From the IMG/VR virus record IMGVR_UViG_3300031260_000055, positions 1-46,242 of that record: 46,242 nt of DNA, one strand, 5' to 3'. Positions 26,464 through 36,580 of this stretch are shown here, piece after piece. Within the stretch, counting starts at the first letter, position 1, and each line of letters begins with the position of its first letter. Under the pieces are notes generated by a model. That model was not told the DNA's origin and made no database searches. It worked only from the letters and a program-made list of their open reading frames with translations. This stretch comes from a virus (Duplodnaviria; Caudoviricetes). The translations under genes were made by a program, and so were the position numbers.

Positions 26464-28362
26464 TTAAACCCCTTCTAATCCTATATTTTGCACCGTTGGC
26501 CTGTAAAACTCCCTAGCACGGAAAATCTTACCATCAACAGCATCATCCGCTATATTGGTATCATAAACGCCAATTCCAGTAGTTCCAGGGTTAGCGGGTA
26601 TTTTATTACTCTTTATAGTGGTTGGATATTGCTGTAATATCATCATCCTGTATCTCTGTGCCGGATTTGGAGAAACGCAGGTTCCGGTTCCTTTATTCCA
26701 CACTCCACAATAAAAGGATGTTAGCATACTTATATCCGCTCCCGCTGCCGGGCTGGTTGTGGTTGTGCCATCATGTTCATAACATGTTCTTAGAGTGTAA
26801 GTGAGGTCATCATAGGGGTGGTCGATATAAATAAATGGTTTTCCCATCCGCAATGTCCAGTATGTTCTATCTAATTGGAGGGTGAAAACCTCCTTAGACA
26901 CATAAAACGGCCTTATTAACCGTGTAGTTCGGGGTAAGGTAAGCGTATCCATTAGAACATAGGCTGAACCATCCCAATAGCGTATTTCAACCCCTGTTGA
27001 TGTTGGAGTTAGCTTAAAAATACCATTACTCATATAAAACTTACCTATATCCAATTCTATATCATTATTAGTAACAATCCTGTAAGTGGAATCCTGATAG
27101 TTGCTATTCATGCCTTTAGGTATGCCTTTATACAGATCGGCAGGGGCAATCTGAAAATTAAGCGGATCAACTATATTATTAAAGCATTGAATATTACCCT
27201 CTTCACTAGGACGGTAAAAATCCGGGGTTAAATTGGGAACTGCCCCCGGTTGGAGTACTGGAACATTAGGAAAGTCCACTTCTATGTTATTATACACAGA
27301 AATGTCCTTTATAGCCATTGAATTAGTGGTACTGTCACGGTTAAGGTAATAAATACCCATATAAAGGTCTTCCCACCCTCCTAGGTTGGTTGGCCCATAA
27401 TAAATCGTTGAATACCCTGTCCAAGCACCACTAACATATCGATTAAGCTCAACTTTCATATAATACTTGTTATCAGTGGTTAAACGAAACTTAAAGGCAG
27501 TTGGGGTATTATCCACCGTGGGAGGTACAAGATTCCACCATGAAAGCCCTCCCGGTGTTCCAATAGTATTCACTTGATAAAACTGGTTTGTGCTGTTGAC
27601 TCCAAGGCTGATAAGGAAGCTATCAGCCCATACTGGCGGAGTTGTCGGCCTCCATTTACTAAACCATACATTTATATCTTTTTCAAGATTTCCGGCACTA
27701 GGCTTATCTCCAGGCAGTAAAGTAAACTCCATGATGAAGTTATGGCTAAACTGGGTGCGGTGATTCGTCCAGATATGCCCGGCTTGACCGTCCACATTCG
27801 CTCCACCGCTAAAGTTAATTTTAGAGCCGTCACTTGAAATCACGCCGCCGTCCATGTACCATTTTCCAATAGGATACCAGTCGTTGGTTGTATCAAAGTC
27901 CGCTCCTGACTCGTTTATAATGTAATCAGGGGTTAAATCAGTGTAACTATGGCCTAAATCTGTGCCATCTTCCCCTCCACGGCTATAATGTAGTGAGAGG
28001 ATTTCATCCATGTTCCGGCTTATTAATTCTGCGTTAAATTGAACAATTGAAATAACCGGGGTTAAATAGGATTCAGTGGGTTTATTAAGGTTATACCAAC
28101 CAAAGTGGGGGTTTCCTTCGTTTATGGTTAAGTCAGGGCTTGTATTAACTGGAGTTAAGCCCCATAAATCCCCGACGGCATGAACTACCCTTAAACTGCG
28201 GTATTGGTTTTTAACAATTTCCCCGCCGAGGCCGATTAATTGCTTGGCTTTTGCCGTGCTGCAAACTATATTAATGACTTCGCTACCATCTGGTTTTATT
28301 TCATCGTTTTCCCTAATATGGGGAATATCTAGGCTTACTGGCCCTATATAACCGGTTGTCAA
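26464..28362 (-). CDS. Distal tail/baseplate protein with lectin-like insert
   Basis: Directly follows the TMP; beta-rich. Confidence 0.55.
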   Translation of the reverse strand: MTTGYIGPVSLDIPHIRENDEIKPDGSEVINIVCSTAKAKQLIGLGGEIVKNQYRSLRVVHAVGDLWGLTPVNTSPDLTINEGNPHFGWYNLNKPTESYLTPVISIVQFNAELISRNMDEILSLHYSRGGEDGTDLGHSYTDLTPDYIINESGADFDTTNDWYPIGKWYMDGGVISSDGSKINFSGGANVDGQAGHIWTNHRTQFSHNFIMEFTLLPGDKPSAGNLEKDINVWFSKWRPTTPPVWADSFLISLGVNSTNQFYQVNTIGTPGGLSWWNLVPPTVDNTPTAFKFRLTTDNKYYMKVELNRYVSGAWTGYSTIYYGPTNLGGWEDLYMGIYYLNRDSTTNSMAIKDISVYNNIEVDFPNVPVLQPGAVPNLTPDFYRPSEEGNIQCFNNIVDPLNFQIAPADLYKGIPKGMNSNYQDSTYRIVTNNDIELDIGKFYMSNGIFKLTPTSTGVEIRYWDGSAYVLMDTLTLPRTTRLIRPFYVSKEVFTLQLDRTYWTLRMGKPFIYIDHPYDDLTYTLRTCYEHDGTTTTSPAAGADISMLTSFYCGVWNKGTGTCVSPNPAQRYRMMILQQYPTTIKSNKIPANPGTTGIGVYDTNIADDAVDGKIFRAREFYRPTVQNIGLEGV

Positions 28363-28376
28363 TTTATTTCAACTCC

Positions 28377-31300
28377 TTAAGAGGAAAAGTCATAAACTCC
28401 CCTCTTTTTCTCTCTTTCATCCAATACTTTGTTCGCTGCCTGTTTAGTAATCTGTTCTAGTTCTTCTCTGTTATAAACCGTGCCGCTAAACTCTATTATG
28501 AAAGTATCCCCTTTTCCGGCAATTCTTTTAGGGGCCGGGCCTTGAGGTGGAGGGCTATAAGTACGCTCCAATGCCATTCTGGTCGGATCATAATATCTGT
28601 TCCCTACCTGTGCCCATACATGGCTATTCCCTTCATAATGACCCCAAATCATTTTAGATGGCAGCCCGAACAGATTAGAGGCAATTCCCATCACCCCTAA
28701 AGTCATATCAAAACAGTTTCCGGCATTGCCTAAGGCATCATAAGGGTCAATCCTATGGCCTCCATACGCCATCCACTCTAACCCCGGCCCTATATCTGTC
28801 ATAAACTGGTCAAAGTCTTTTTCAGGCCCGGCGGGGTGATTCCAGTAACCACGGATAAGCTTAGCTGCCATATCAAACTCTTGGCCGCCGATAGTACTCC
28901 AAGTATGAGGAATGCTAGTTCCATCCCACATACCATTAGCCATACCGGTTGAGAGTCCAAACCGCTGTCCACCTTCCGCTATAAGGAACTCCGCCCCATC
29001 ATAGCAATTACAAGTTCCACTTTGCCAAACTTGTTCATTGCTTTTCTGGCCGCCAAAGTAAAATTCATAGCTTAAATGGTCCGATATTCCATTAGCTATA
29101 TCGTTAAAGGCACTAACACCGGTAAAGCGTTTATTTAAGGCATTCATTATGTATCCACGGCCCACTCCACTACGGTTACTCATTGTAGTGGCAATATGGT
29201 CGTTTATAATACCAGATGGGGGGCCAAAGGCTTTTCCACCGCCTCCACCAGACCCTCCACCTGCATTACTCACACCCCGGCTAGGCCCCATAGGCCATAC
29301 AAAGTCTCCAATTTTCTCAGCGATTTTTCCAAGGATCTCGCCGGCACTTGGTATTTGCCATACTAATTCCTTTATTTTTTGCCATGTCTGGTTTAGAAGC
29401 GAACCGACACCGGGAATCTGCCAGAATAAATCCTTAATCTTTTGCCATGTTTGCCCTAGCAGCTGTGAAACCCCGGGAATCTTCCATATTAATTCAGCTA
29501 TTTTAGTCTTTATTAGCTGTAGTATCTGTGGAATACTTGGTATTTTCCAGTTAAACTTAGGAATTTTACTTGTTATCCAGTTTTTAAGGTCATTAAGGCT
29601 TGGAAGTTTAAACGCCATCTTGGGAAGCTTTCCCATTATCATATTCTTAATGTCCGCTAGAGAAGGGAATTTTAGCTGAGGTATATTAAAACGGCTAAAG
29701 TCCAATAATCCCCCTTTTCCAGTGATGTCTTGTAGAATTGATGGTTTTCCACCTTTCCCAGCGGCACTGGCGGTACCTCCGCTGCCTCCTAACCATCCTG
29801 AAATTATGCCGGGTAATCCTCCTTTACTTAGATTAGACAACCCTGTGGTTTTTATCCATTCTCCAATGCCTTTAGTTGATATTTTATTAAAAACATTTTT
29901 CCGGAACCAATCCACATTTTCAACGGCACTTTGTGTTCCTTTTTGCTGTCCTTTACCCCAAAATGCCCCTTTTATGCTATCAAAGAAGCTCCAGTCCACT
30001 TCTCCTATAGGTTTGCCCCCGGCTCCTTGGGTTTGCCCATATTTTTTAGCGTTTTTAGTTATTGCCTGATTATAGTTTAAAACCTGATAGTCTTGGTTTC
30101 CTAACCCAAATATATCTAATATTCCATGATAAGCTTTAAATGGTTCTCCACCACCTAACAGTCCACTTATCCCTGAAAATGCAGGACCCACTAAGTAGTT
30201 TGATAAAATATCCCCTACTGTGGCACCTCCAACAATTCCTGCAAGTGTTTTACCCGCTAATGGTAGAATAGATGCTCCGGTTCCACTTTTACCTCCTTTA
30301 CCTCCAGTTCCAGGAGTCCCTGTACCTCCAACTTCACAAGATGGGTCTTTTACACATTTAACGGTTGTTACTTTAGTGGATGGTATTTTGTCTTTTATCC
30401 ATCCTGCTAAATCTTTAGCGGCCCCAAGAGCGTCTTTTAATGGGGAATAGACTAAACCTAACATACCCCCTAAACTTACAGCCGCCCCTGCCGCTAACAT
30501 TAATTGAGTTGAAAAGCCGCCGGTTTTAGTATCCATTTCAGTTAGGAAGTCAATTATAGTAATTAAATGAGGTAAGAACCGTGTTCCTAGTTCTGTTGCA
30601 GCTAATTGAAATTTTCCTTTAAGCTCTTCCGCTTTAGAACTAGCCAACTCCGTTAATGGGATTTGTTTGTAACCTTCTTTAGTCAATGCTTCATTAATTG
30701 CTAAAATACGGTCTTCAACACTTGATTTACCTTCAAGTATTCCAATCTGGTTTCTAAGTAAACCATCACGCTGCATTAAGCCGGTGTTACCAGTTAAAAT
30801 ATAATCTTTAATTTCCCGCTCATATTCCTGATTAAATCCACCCATAACCTGCTGAGAGATACTAGTATAGTAAGCCGCAGCATCACCTAACATCTTAAGC
30901 TGATCAACTGTTAAATCAGATTGTCTTGCTAAAGCCCCGGTTAATAAGGCATTCATAAAAGTATCGTTTCCGGGTACTTCGCTTACGATTTTAGCGATTG
31001 TGTCAAGGTAATTTTGTGCGGCCTCATCGGACATTACAGTTTGAAGGTAAGCGGTGTTAAATTCCCTTTGTGTAGCCCCTCCCCATGACATGGTTGCTAT
31101 TTCCATTAATCCAAAGCCGCCTATTACTCCTCCGATAACTCCTTCCAATGTACTGAATCCACTAAAAATACTGTCTAATCCGCTGCCAATACCTTTTATA
31201 GCACTGGCCCCGGCGGAACCTAAAGATTTAAGGGCTGATGCTCCGGCTCTTGCCCCGGATTCAATCCCTGACTTTAAACTGGTACCGGCACTTGTAGCTC

Positions 31301-31559
31301 CGGCTTTAATTGCAGAAAAAGCACCGCTAGACTCGCCTTTAATATTTTTAATCCCTGATTGGGCTTGTCTAGCTCCATAGTTTATTTCCATAAACGAAGC
31401 ACGGCCGGAACTACCCAGTTTATCCAGACTGGCATCGGCCCCGCTAGCACTTTGCTTTATGGTGTCTATACCGGATTTAACTGATTTTCCGGCTGAGTTC
31501 ATCATGCCTTGTATGTTAGATTTACCATCTAGGATTAACTGGATTTTATAGTTCCCCAT
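28377..31559 (-). CDS. Tape measure protein with two C-terminal transglutaminase-like domains
   Basis: Gly/Ala-rich with W[KQ]IP repeats; NCYD..HTW..FD and NCFD..HVW..YD. Confidence 0.85.
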   Translation of the reverse strand: MGNYKIQLILDGKSNIQGMMNSAGKSVKSGIDTIKQSASGADASLDKLGSSGRASFMEINYGARQAQSGIKNIKGESSGAFSAIKAGATSAGTSLKSGIESGARAGASALKSLGSAGASAIKGIGSGLDSIFSGFSTLEGVIGGVIGGFGLMEIATMSWGGATQREFNTAYLQTVMSDEAAQNYLDTIAKIVSEVPGNDTFMNALLTGALARQSDLTVDQLKMLGDAAAYYTSISQQVMGGFNQEYEREIKDYILTGNTGLMQRDGLLRNQIGILEGKSSVEDRILAINEALTKEGYKQIPLTELASSKAEELKGKFQLAATELGTRFLPHLITIIDFLTEMDTKTGGFSTQLMLAAGAAVSLGGMLGLVYSPLKDALGAAKDLAGWIKDKIPSTKVTTVKCVKDPSCEVGGTGTPGTGGKGGKSGTGASILPLAGKTLAGIVGGATVGDILSNYLVGPAFSGISGLLGGGEPFKAYHGILDIFGLGNQDYQVLNYNQAITKNAKKYGQTQGAGGKPIGEVDWSFFDSIKGAFWGKGQQKGTQSAVENVDWFRKNVFNKISTKGIGEWIKTTGLSNLSKGGLPGIISGWLGGSGGTASAAGKGGKPSILQDITGKGGLLDFSRFNIPQLKFPSLADIKNMIMGKLPKMAFKLPSLNDLKNWITSKIPKFNWKIPSIPQILQLIKTKIAELIWKIPGVSQLLGQTWQKIKDLFWQIPGVGSLLNQTWQKIKELVWQIPSAGEILGKIAEKIGDFVWPMGPSRGVSNAGGGSGGGGGKAFGPPSGIINDHIATTMSNRSGVGRGYIMNALNKRFTGVSAFNDIANGISDHLSYEFYFGGQKSNEQVWQSGTCNCYDGAEFLIAEGGQRFGLSTGMANGMWDGTSIPHTWSTIGGQEFDMAAKLIRGYWNHPAGPEKDFDQFMTDIGPGLEWMAYGGHRIDPYDALGNAGNCFDMTLGVMGIASNLFGLPSKMIWGHYEGNSHVWAQVGNRYYDPTRMALERTYSPPPQGPAPKRIAGKGDTFIIEFSGTVYNREELEQITKQAANKVLDEREKKRGVYDFSS

Positions 31560-31574
31560 TACTGTAACCTCGTG

Positions 31575-31880
31575 TTATTTAAGCTTTTCAACATTTTTTA
31601 GGAATTTAGGGTCTTTGAAACGGTTAAGGGAGTTACCAGACTCCCATTGAATATCATCCCCTTCGTTTAGTTCAACATTTAACGGTTCATTAGGTTTTGG
31701 TTCGCCGAATATTGCTTTAAGTAGGGTTTCCAGTTTCTTCTGTTCATGGAGCCACCCATAGCGGACTATCATGCAGTGATACTGGTCATCCTCTTTTTCA
31801 AACTCTTCCCTGCTCAATCCTCGGAAATATTCCGCTTCCCAGTATTCAAATCCTGGTCCGTATTCGTTTCCTGAAAATCC
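31575..31880 (-). CDS. Tail assembly chaperone frameshift extension (gpT-like)
   Basis: Open -1 frame from the GGATTTT heptamer at 31874-31880 into the 31575-31817 ORF. Confidence 0.7.
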   Translation of the reverse strand, partial: GFSGNEYGPGFEYWEAEYFRGLSREEFEKEDDQYHCMIVRYGWLHEQKKLETLLKAIFGEPKPNEPLNVELNEGDDIQWESGNSLNRFKDPKFLKNVEKLK

Positions 31881-32317
31881 TCGTCTTCCTCTAGAGCTTC
31901 TATTTCTAAGCCTTCATTAATGGCTTTAGCCCTAGCCACTAATGCTTTTCTACCTGCTTCCTCAACGGTGTCGATTTCTTCCTGTGTATAGCCTCTAGCC
32001 TCATATTTACGGCGTTCAATGGCATCCGCAATAATTTCTAGCTCATGGGTATCGACATACTCCAGTTCAGCCTTGGATATTGGTTTGATTATTTGTTTTA
32101 CCAGTTTCTGGGCATCCTGGTTCCATTCTTTGCTTAACCTCTCAAATGCCTGAAAGTTGACTTCTGGGCCGTTAATGTAAGCGTCTTTTTTTAAAAGGTA
32201 AGTTATCTTGTTACTTACCCTTTTATTGGTTTTAAGCAGTTTTCGAACTTTGCCTAATAATACTATTTCTGTTTCGCGATTTGGGTCTAATATTGCCATT
32301 TCGTTTATTTTTATCAT
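31814..32317 (-). CDS. Tail assembly chaperone (gpG-like)
   Basis: Lies between tail tube and TMP, with a slippery site near its 3' end. Confidence 0.75.
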   Translation of the reverse strand: MIKINEMAILDPNRETEIVLLGKVRKLLKTNKRVSNKITYLLKKDAYINGPEVNFQAFERLSKEWNQDAQKLVKQIIKPISKAELEYVDTHELEIIADAIERRKYEARGYTQEEIDTVEEAGRKALVARAKAINEGLEIEALEEDEDFQETNTDQDLNTGKRNISED

Positions 32318-32392
32318 TTTTAAATCCCCTCATTATTTTATTCAATTTTTTTAGCCCGTGGCCTTAATTCCCCTATAAAAATTTAAGGAGAA

Positions 32393-33430
32393 TTAAGTTA
32401 TAGCGGCGAGTTTAGATACCACGGTGGCAGATAGAATCTTATTGGTACCTAGTCCGTTGTCGGCTCCGGTGTATCGTCTAGCTCGGTAGTCTATATCGTA
32501 CATTTCGGTTTTCTCTGCGTCTTTATCGTTATCACACTTGGTCATGTTGACTTGAGGCATTTTAAAGTGCATTAGGTATTTATATGTAGATTCTATGGTT
32601 TCTCCGGTGCAGATTAACTCTAATTCCTTGTCAGCTATTATGGTATCCAGAGTTGTACCAGTTGTGCTACCTGATATGTATTCTAGTAACCATTCCCTGT
32701 TTTCTACTGGGAATTGGAGGGAACCGGTAACTTTCCAGTCAGTTGGGGTTAATATGTTTGGAAGTAACGCTGTTACTGGGTTTCCACTTGCCCCTGTCAG
32801 TTTATCCAAAGCTCGTTCAATTTTCAGGGTTCCTTTGGTCACATCTGTTTTTAAAGTTTGATCGACTTTGCAGGTGAAGTTCCCCCATACAAATATTGGT
32901 GCTGTGCTGTATGTTCGGGTAGGGGCGGATTTACTGGCATCATATCCCCCGCAGCTCCAAGTTGGCTTAAGGCTTATTGGTCCGGGGCCGTCAAATCCTA
33001 TTTCAAGTGAATCTAACACCGCTCCGGTAAAGGCTTCCACTTCCTCGGCTCCTGAATTGCCGGGAATCCATCTAGTAATACTAGCACTTAGAATATTTGT
33101 CCAGCTTTGAGTGAACTCATGAGTGTAGCTTATTCCATCAGAGGGTATGTTTCTGGTGCTAACAGCACTTCCAAATATTAATTTAAGGAGGGGTTCCAGT
33201 GATTCTTCCGGCCAAGCAGGGATTTCCATTGGTCCTCCTATTTCGGCATCTTTACGGTAAACATAGGTTGAACCGGGGGTACCATCACTTATATTTAGTT
33301 CTTCATCGTTCGGATCTACTTTTAAGCCTAATTTAAGGTATCTCATATATGTAGTGGGGGCTTTATAAACATTGTAGGTATCTTCAATTGCCATCCCAGC
33401 GGCATATACCTTTTTAGTTCGTCTTCCCAT
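32393..33430 (-). CDS. Major tail (tube) protein
   Basis: IEDTY...YTHEFT...GAVLDSLEI...VTGSL pattern; synteny. Confidence 0.8.
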   Translation of the reverse strand: MGRRTKKVYAAGMAIEDTYNVYKAPTTYMRYLKLGLKVDPNDEELNISDGTPGSTYVYRKDAEIGGPMEIPAWPEESLEPLLKLIFGSAVSTRNIPSDGISYTHEFTQSWTNILSASITRWIPGNSGAEEVEAFTGAVLDSLEIGFDGPGPISLKPTWSCGGYDASKSAPTRTYSTAPIFVWGNFTCKVDQTLKTDVTKGTLKIERALDKLTGASGNPVTALLPNILTPTDWKVTGSLQFPVENREWLLEYISGSTTGTTLDTIIADKELELICTGETIESTYKYLMHFKMPQVNMTKCDNDKDAEKTEMYDIDYRARRYTGADNGLGTNKILSATVVSKLAAIT

Positions 33431-33450
33431 TGTTCTGAACCTCCTATTTA

Positions 33451-33651
33451 TTATTTAACTAATTCAAATAAGCCTTTCGCTAATTCCTGCCCTTGTTCTT
33501 TGGAAACCACAAACTCCTCATGAGCTAATACCGTTCCAATGCCAGGAACATGTTGAGGGCAGCATGCAGTACTTCTAACTACAACCTGCCCCTTTTTAGG
33601 TTTCAATTCAGGTTCAACTTCTTTAAATGCTTTTTTTTCCTGTTTAGCCAT
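33451..33651 (-). CDS. Small hypothetical protein
   Basis: GGGGTGA SD; intact ORF. Confidence 0.6.
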   Translation of the reverse strand: MAKQEKKAFKEVEPELKPKKGQVVVRSTACCPQHVPGIGTVLAHEEFVVSKEQGQELAKGLFELVK

Positions 33652-33674
33652 TATTTCACCCCTTAATTTTTTTA

Positions 33675-34121
33675 TTATTGGTATAGTGCTATAAATACGA
33701 TTCTAGCACCACCAATCATGTTCGTTTTACTTGTAAAGTCTTCATCGTAGATCACATACGGTTCAGGCCAATAAGCCTCACTACATGCACCTCCAAAGCT
33801 CATATCAGTATTTAATTCTGCTAAGACTAAAGGAATAATGCGATAAATTTCTTTAGTAGCTTCCGATATCCTCCCAGTCCGATATACCGTTAAGTGCCAA
33901 GGAGTAGCAAATGGCGTATAAGGGGGGTTCGGGCCTGAGAAATTAAGAGCATCCCCCTGAACAACCGCCCTTATCGTTATGGATGTGCCTTTAGGGAGAT
34001 TCTGTGGGTCAATTCCCCCAACGATTACGGTATCGAATATAGGTACTTGAACACCGCCAACGGTTTCTTTTAAAGCTTTCATGCGGGTTTCTATGTTGTT
34101 AGCCGTTTCTAATATTGTCAT
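33675..34121 (-). CDS. Tail terminator/completion protein
   Basis: Size and synteny upstream of the tail tube gene. Confidence 0.6.
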   Translation of the reverse strand: MTILETANNIETRMKALKETVGGVQVPIFDTVIVGGIDPQNLPKGTSITIRAVVQGDALNFSGPNPPYTPFATPWHLTVYRTGRISEATKEIYRIIPLVLAELNTDMSFGGACSEAYWPEPYVIYDEDFTSKTNMIGGARIVFIALYQ

Positions 34122-34589
34122 TTAATCCAACTCGCTTAACCATTTACCCATTTCCTCGAATTTCCTTTGGACTTTAGGTTCCGCCTGCTTATGGCCTTTG
34201 CCCATAGAATCACGGCCTTTAGTGCCTTTTACGCTCTTAACAAAGATGTGTTTGCCCCCAATGCAGAAATGTAATGCTTTGGCTTTTTTTACTTTAACTT
34301 TCCCCCTTCCATCTTCAAACCATTTAAACCAGTAAGCCCGGTTTTCATCAGCGTAAACCTCCCCTCCAAAGGGCAATAACCGCCGGAGTATGGCGGATTT
34401 AGTGATTCCCCCTTTACCTTCCCCGGGACATTGCTCACTCCGTGGGATAAAAAGCCTAACATCATTTTGAATAAGGCTCAACATTTCATCTGCCCTTTTA
34501 TCAAATTCTGGGCCAGATTCTTTACCTTTCCGTATTAAGGCTTCAGGATAACCCCCATCGCCAACTTCAAAGAATAGGTGGGTTGCCAT
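34122..34589 (-). CDS. HK97 gp10-like neck/tail completion protein
   Basis: YWFKWFEDGRG...KKAKALHF...VKSVKGTK. Confidence 0.7.
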   Translation of the reverse strand: MATHLFFEVGDGGYPEALIRKGKESGPEFDKRADEMLSLIQNDVRLFIPRSEQCPGEGKGGITKSAILRRLLPFGGEVYADENRAYWFKWFEDGRGKVKVKKAKALHFCIGGKHIFVKSVKGTKGRDSMGKGHKQAEPKVQRKFEEMGKWLSELD

Positions 34590-34591
34590 TT

Positions 34592-35014
34592 TTATAGAAA
34601 CCTCCTATTCCTCAATATTCTGTTCCGGTGAGTTTTACTCCCATAAAAAGGTCGGTTTCGGCTTGAATTACTCCGGTTATAGCCTCCCGGTGATTTACTA
34701 CTTTCATTTTCATTAAGCCACCCGTTCAGTATTCGATAACCTTTCTTATCCAATGTTACAGCTTGAGGGTCACGGTCATCTCTCTGTTCGCCTAAATTGT
34801 CAAGATAATCAGCACTGGCAAAAAGAGTAGCGGCTTTAACAATAGCGGCGGGTGGAGGGTTTGGAACAGTTACATCCACTAGTTCAGCATTCACCATATT
34901 ATCTGCGGTGTCCAGAGCGTCCGCCAAATCGTCCGGGTCAATAGCGGAAACTACCTCTAACTTAAGAATTCGCCTTTCAACCTCATCAGAATTTGCATAA
35001 ACCAATGTAAACAC
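34592..35014 (-). CDS. Head-tail adaptor
   Basis: YANSDEV...ADNMVNAEL...P.AIVKAA; follows the capsid genes. Confidence 0.65.
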   Translation of the reverse strand: MFTLVYANSDEVERRILKLEVVSAIDPDDLADALDTADNMVNAELVDVTVPNPPPAAIVKAATLFASADYLDNLGEQRDDRDPQAVTLDKKGYRILNGWLNENESSKSPGGYNRSNSSRNRPFYGSKTHRNRILRNRRFL

Positions 35015-35067
35015 CCCTGTAATGTTTTTAAGTTAAAAAAAAGATAAAGAAAAGGTTGTTTACTGTT

Positions 35068-35574
35068 TTAAGCAGCTGGGGTGAAGACAACTATGATGGT
35101 TCCACCGGGCCATGCCTGACCTCCCCCCTCTACTGTTTTAGCAAGGCTAATAACCCTTCCACTACCAATGACAGCGTTGGTTGTTACTATATCCACTCCA
35201 ACCATGCCCTCTATTGTATTGCTGCTATTAACATTCCTGGTACCAATAGCAGTAGTTCCTGTACCATCTGCACCCTTGTCTTGTGCTGTTAATACCATAA
35301 AATCAGTGGCTTGACCTATATCTGAATCTGGTACCACTATTATATCAGTAATAGTACCAGCAGCCGGAGCTTTGAAAATAGCATGTTCAAAAGTGGCATT
35401 AGCGGCACTATCCGCAGGAATATATACCTGATACTGTTCAGCAATTGCATCTTTGGCATCAACACGGCTATCAATAGCTGTCAACTCTTCATAAACCATA
35501 CCAAGCATTTTAATAGGGTTGCGGGCGTAATTAGCTACCTTTCTGGCATTATATAATAGACTCACATTATTCAC
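35068..35574 (-). CDS. Head fibre/decoration protein
   Basis: Short coiled coil plus beta-sandwich, after the MCP. Confidence 0.5.
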   Translation of the reverse strand: MNNVSLLYNARKVANYARNPIKMLGMVYEELTAIDSRVDAKDAIAEQYQVYIPADSAANATFEHAIFKAPAAGTITDIIVVPDSDIGQATDFMVLTAQDKGADGTGTTAIGTRNVNSSNTIEGMVGVDIVTTNAVIGSGRVISLAKTVEGGGQAWPGGTIIVVFTPAA

Positions 35575-35619
35575 CTCCTTTTAAAAAGGAATAACAGGAA
35601 TTAAACCCTTATTCAGGGC

Positions 35620-36552
35620 TTAAATTCCAGTATCGTATATGATACCCGCCGGTCTGGTTATAGCAGTTCTCCAACTAGCAGCGAACTTGAAAGTCCTTAC
35701 TGGTTCCATCCTTCTGACTTCTGTGTCCTCAACTTTCATGTTTATCACTGGAAGATACTGTTCAGTCCCTTCTTTACTGGTTATAGGCTTATAGCCTCCT
35801 ACCATCTTACGGTACTTGACTAATCCTGGTGGGAGCATTGAATCAAACCCAAGGATAGCTCCATCTGCTATACCAAAGGCGGCGTAGTTGTTATTTAGGC
35901 CACCATAGGTGATGGTTTCGTCAGTTTCCTTAAGGGCAGCGATTCCCTCGGTGTCTATAATCCAGTTACCTAACTGATCGAATTGGGTCCTGTTAAGGAA
36001 GGTTTCCCGCAGCATTCCCTTAATATCCCTAGCGGCGTACTCTGAGCGGTAACCCCGTAGGTCTTTTGCTATTGTAGTACTGGTAGCCCAATCCCCATTT
36101 AAAGGGCTGAAAGTACAATTAGGTGCCGCAGATATTAGAACCGCAGCAACATTAGTTTCAATTGCTTCTGTTATACCCCAGCAAAGGTCTTGTATGTCCA
36201 TTAAGTATGATTCGGGGCTATCGTTTAGATCGTTTAAATCAACGGAGTACTGGTACCCCCATGTGATTACTCGTTCATTGTTAGGAGTTAATTCCATTCC
36301 GGATACTTCTAACAGCTCCGCATTCTCTGAGGGCATTGGTTTCATTATTAAATTTTCATCGAACTGTTCTTTAGCCGTCTTTTCCCTAGTGAACCAAGAA
36401 ACCCACTTAGATTCTGTATCTGAAAATCCTAGTTTTGGGGCAATAGTCATGCCTTTAGCGACTTCATCAGTAACATATAACTGTGCATTGTCCCTAACGG
36501 TTTCCTTTGGCCCTAAAAGGATATCTTCAGCTTTAATTTCAGGTGTTGCCAT
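35620..36552 (-). CDS. Major capsid protein (HK97 fold)
   Basis: 310 aa; synteny after protease/scaffold and cement genes; C-terminal RPAGIIYDTGI. Confidence 0.75.
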   Translation of the reverse strand: MATPEIKAEDILLGPKETVRDNAQLYVTDEVAKGMTIAPKLGFSDTESKWVSWFTREKTAKEQFDENLIMKPMPSENAELLEVSGMELTPNNERVITWGYQYSVDLNDLNDSPESYLMDIQDLCWGITEAIETNVAAVLISAAPNCTFSPLNGDWATSTTIAKDLRGYRSEYAARDIKGMLRETFLNRTQFDQLGNWIIDTEGIAALKETDETITYGGLNNNYAAFGIADGAILGFDSMLPPGLVKYRKMVGGYKPITSKEGTEQYLPVINMKVEDTEVRRMEPVRTFKFAASWRTAITRPAGIIYDTGI

Positions 36553-36580
36553 ATCTTTATGCCTCCTTATCGTTTATTAT

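Noticed and set aside
21728-28362. Diversity-generating retroelement targeting tail adhesins
   Set aside because: No reverse transcriptase and no TR/VR repeat pair seen
29149-31380. Long plus-strand ORFs inside the TMP and other structural genes
   Set aside because: Antisense shadow frames of well-supported minus-strand genes
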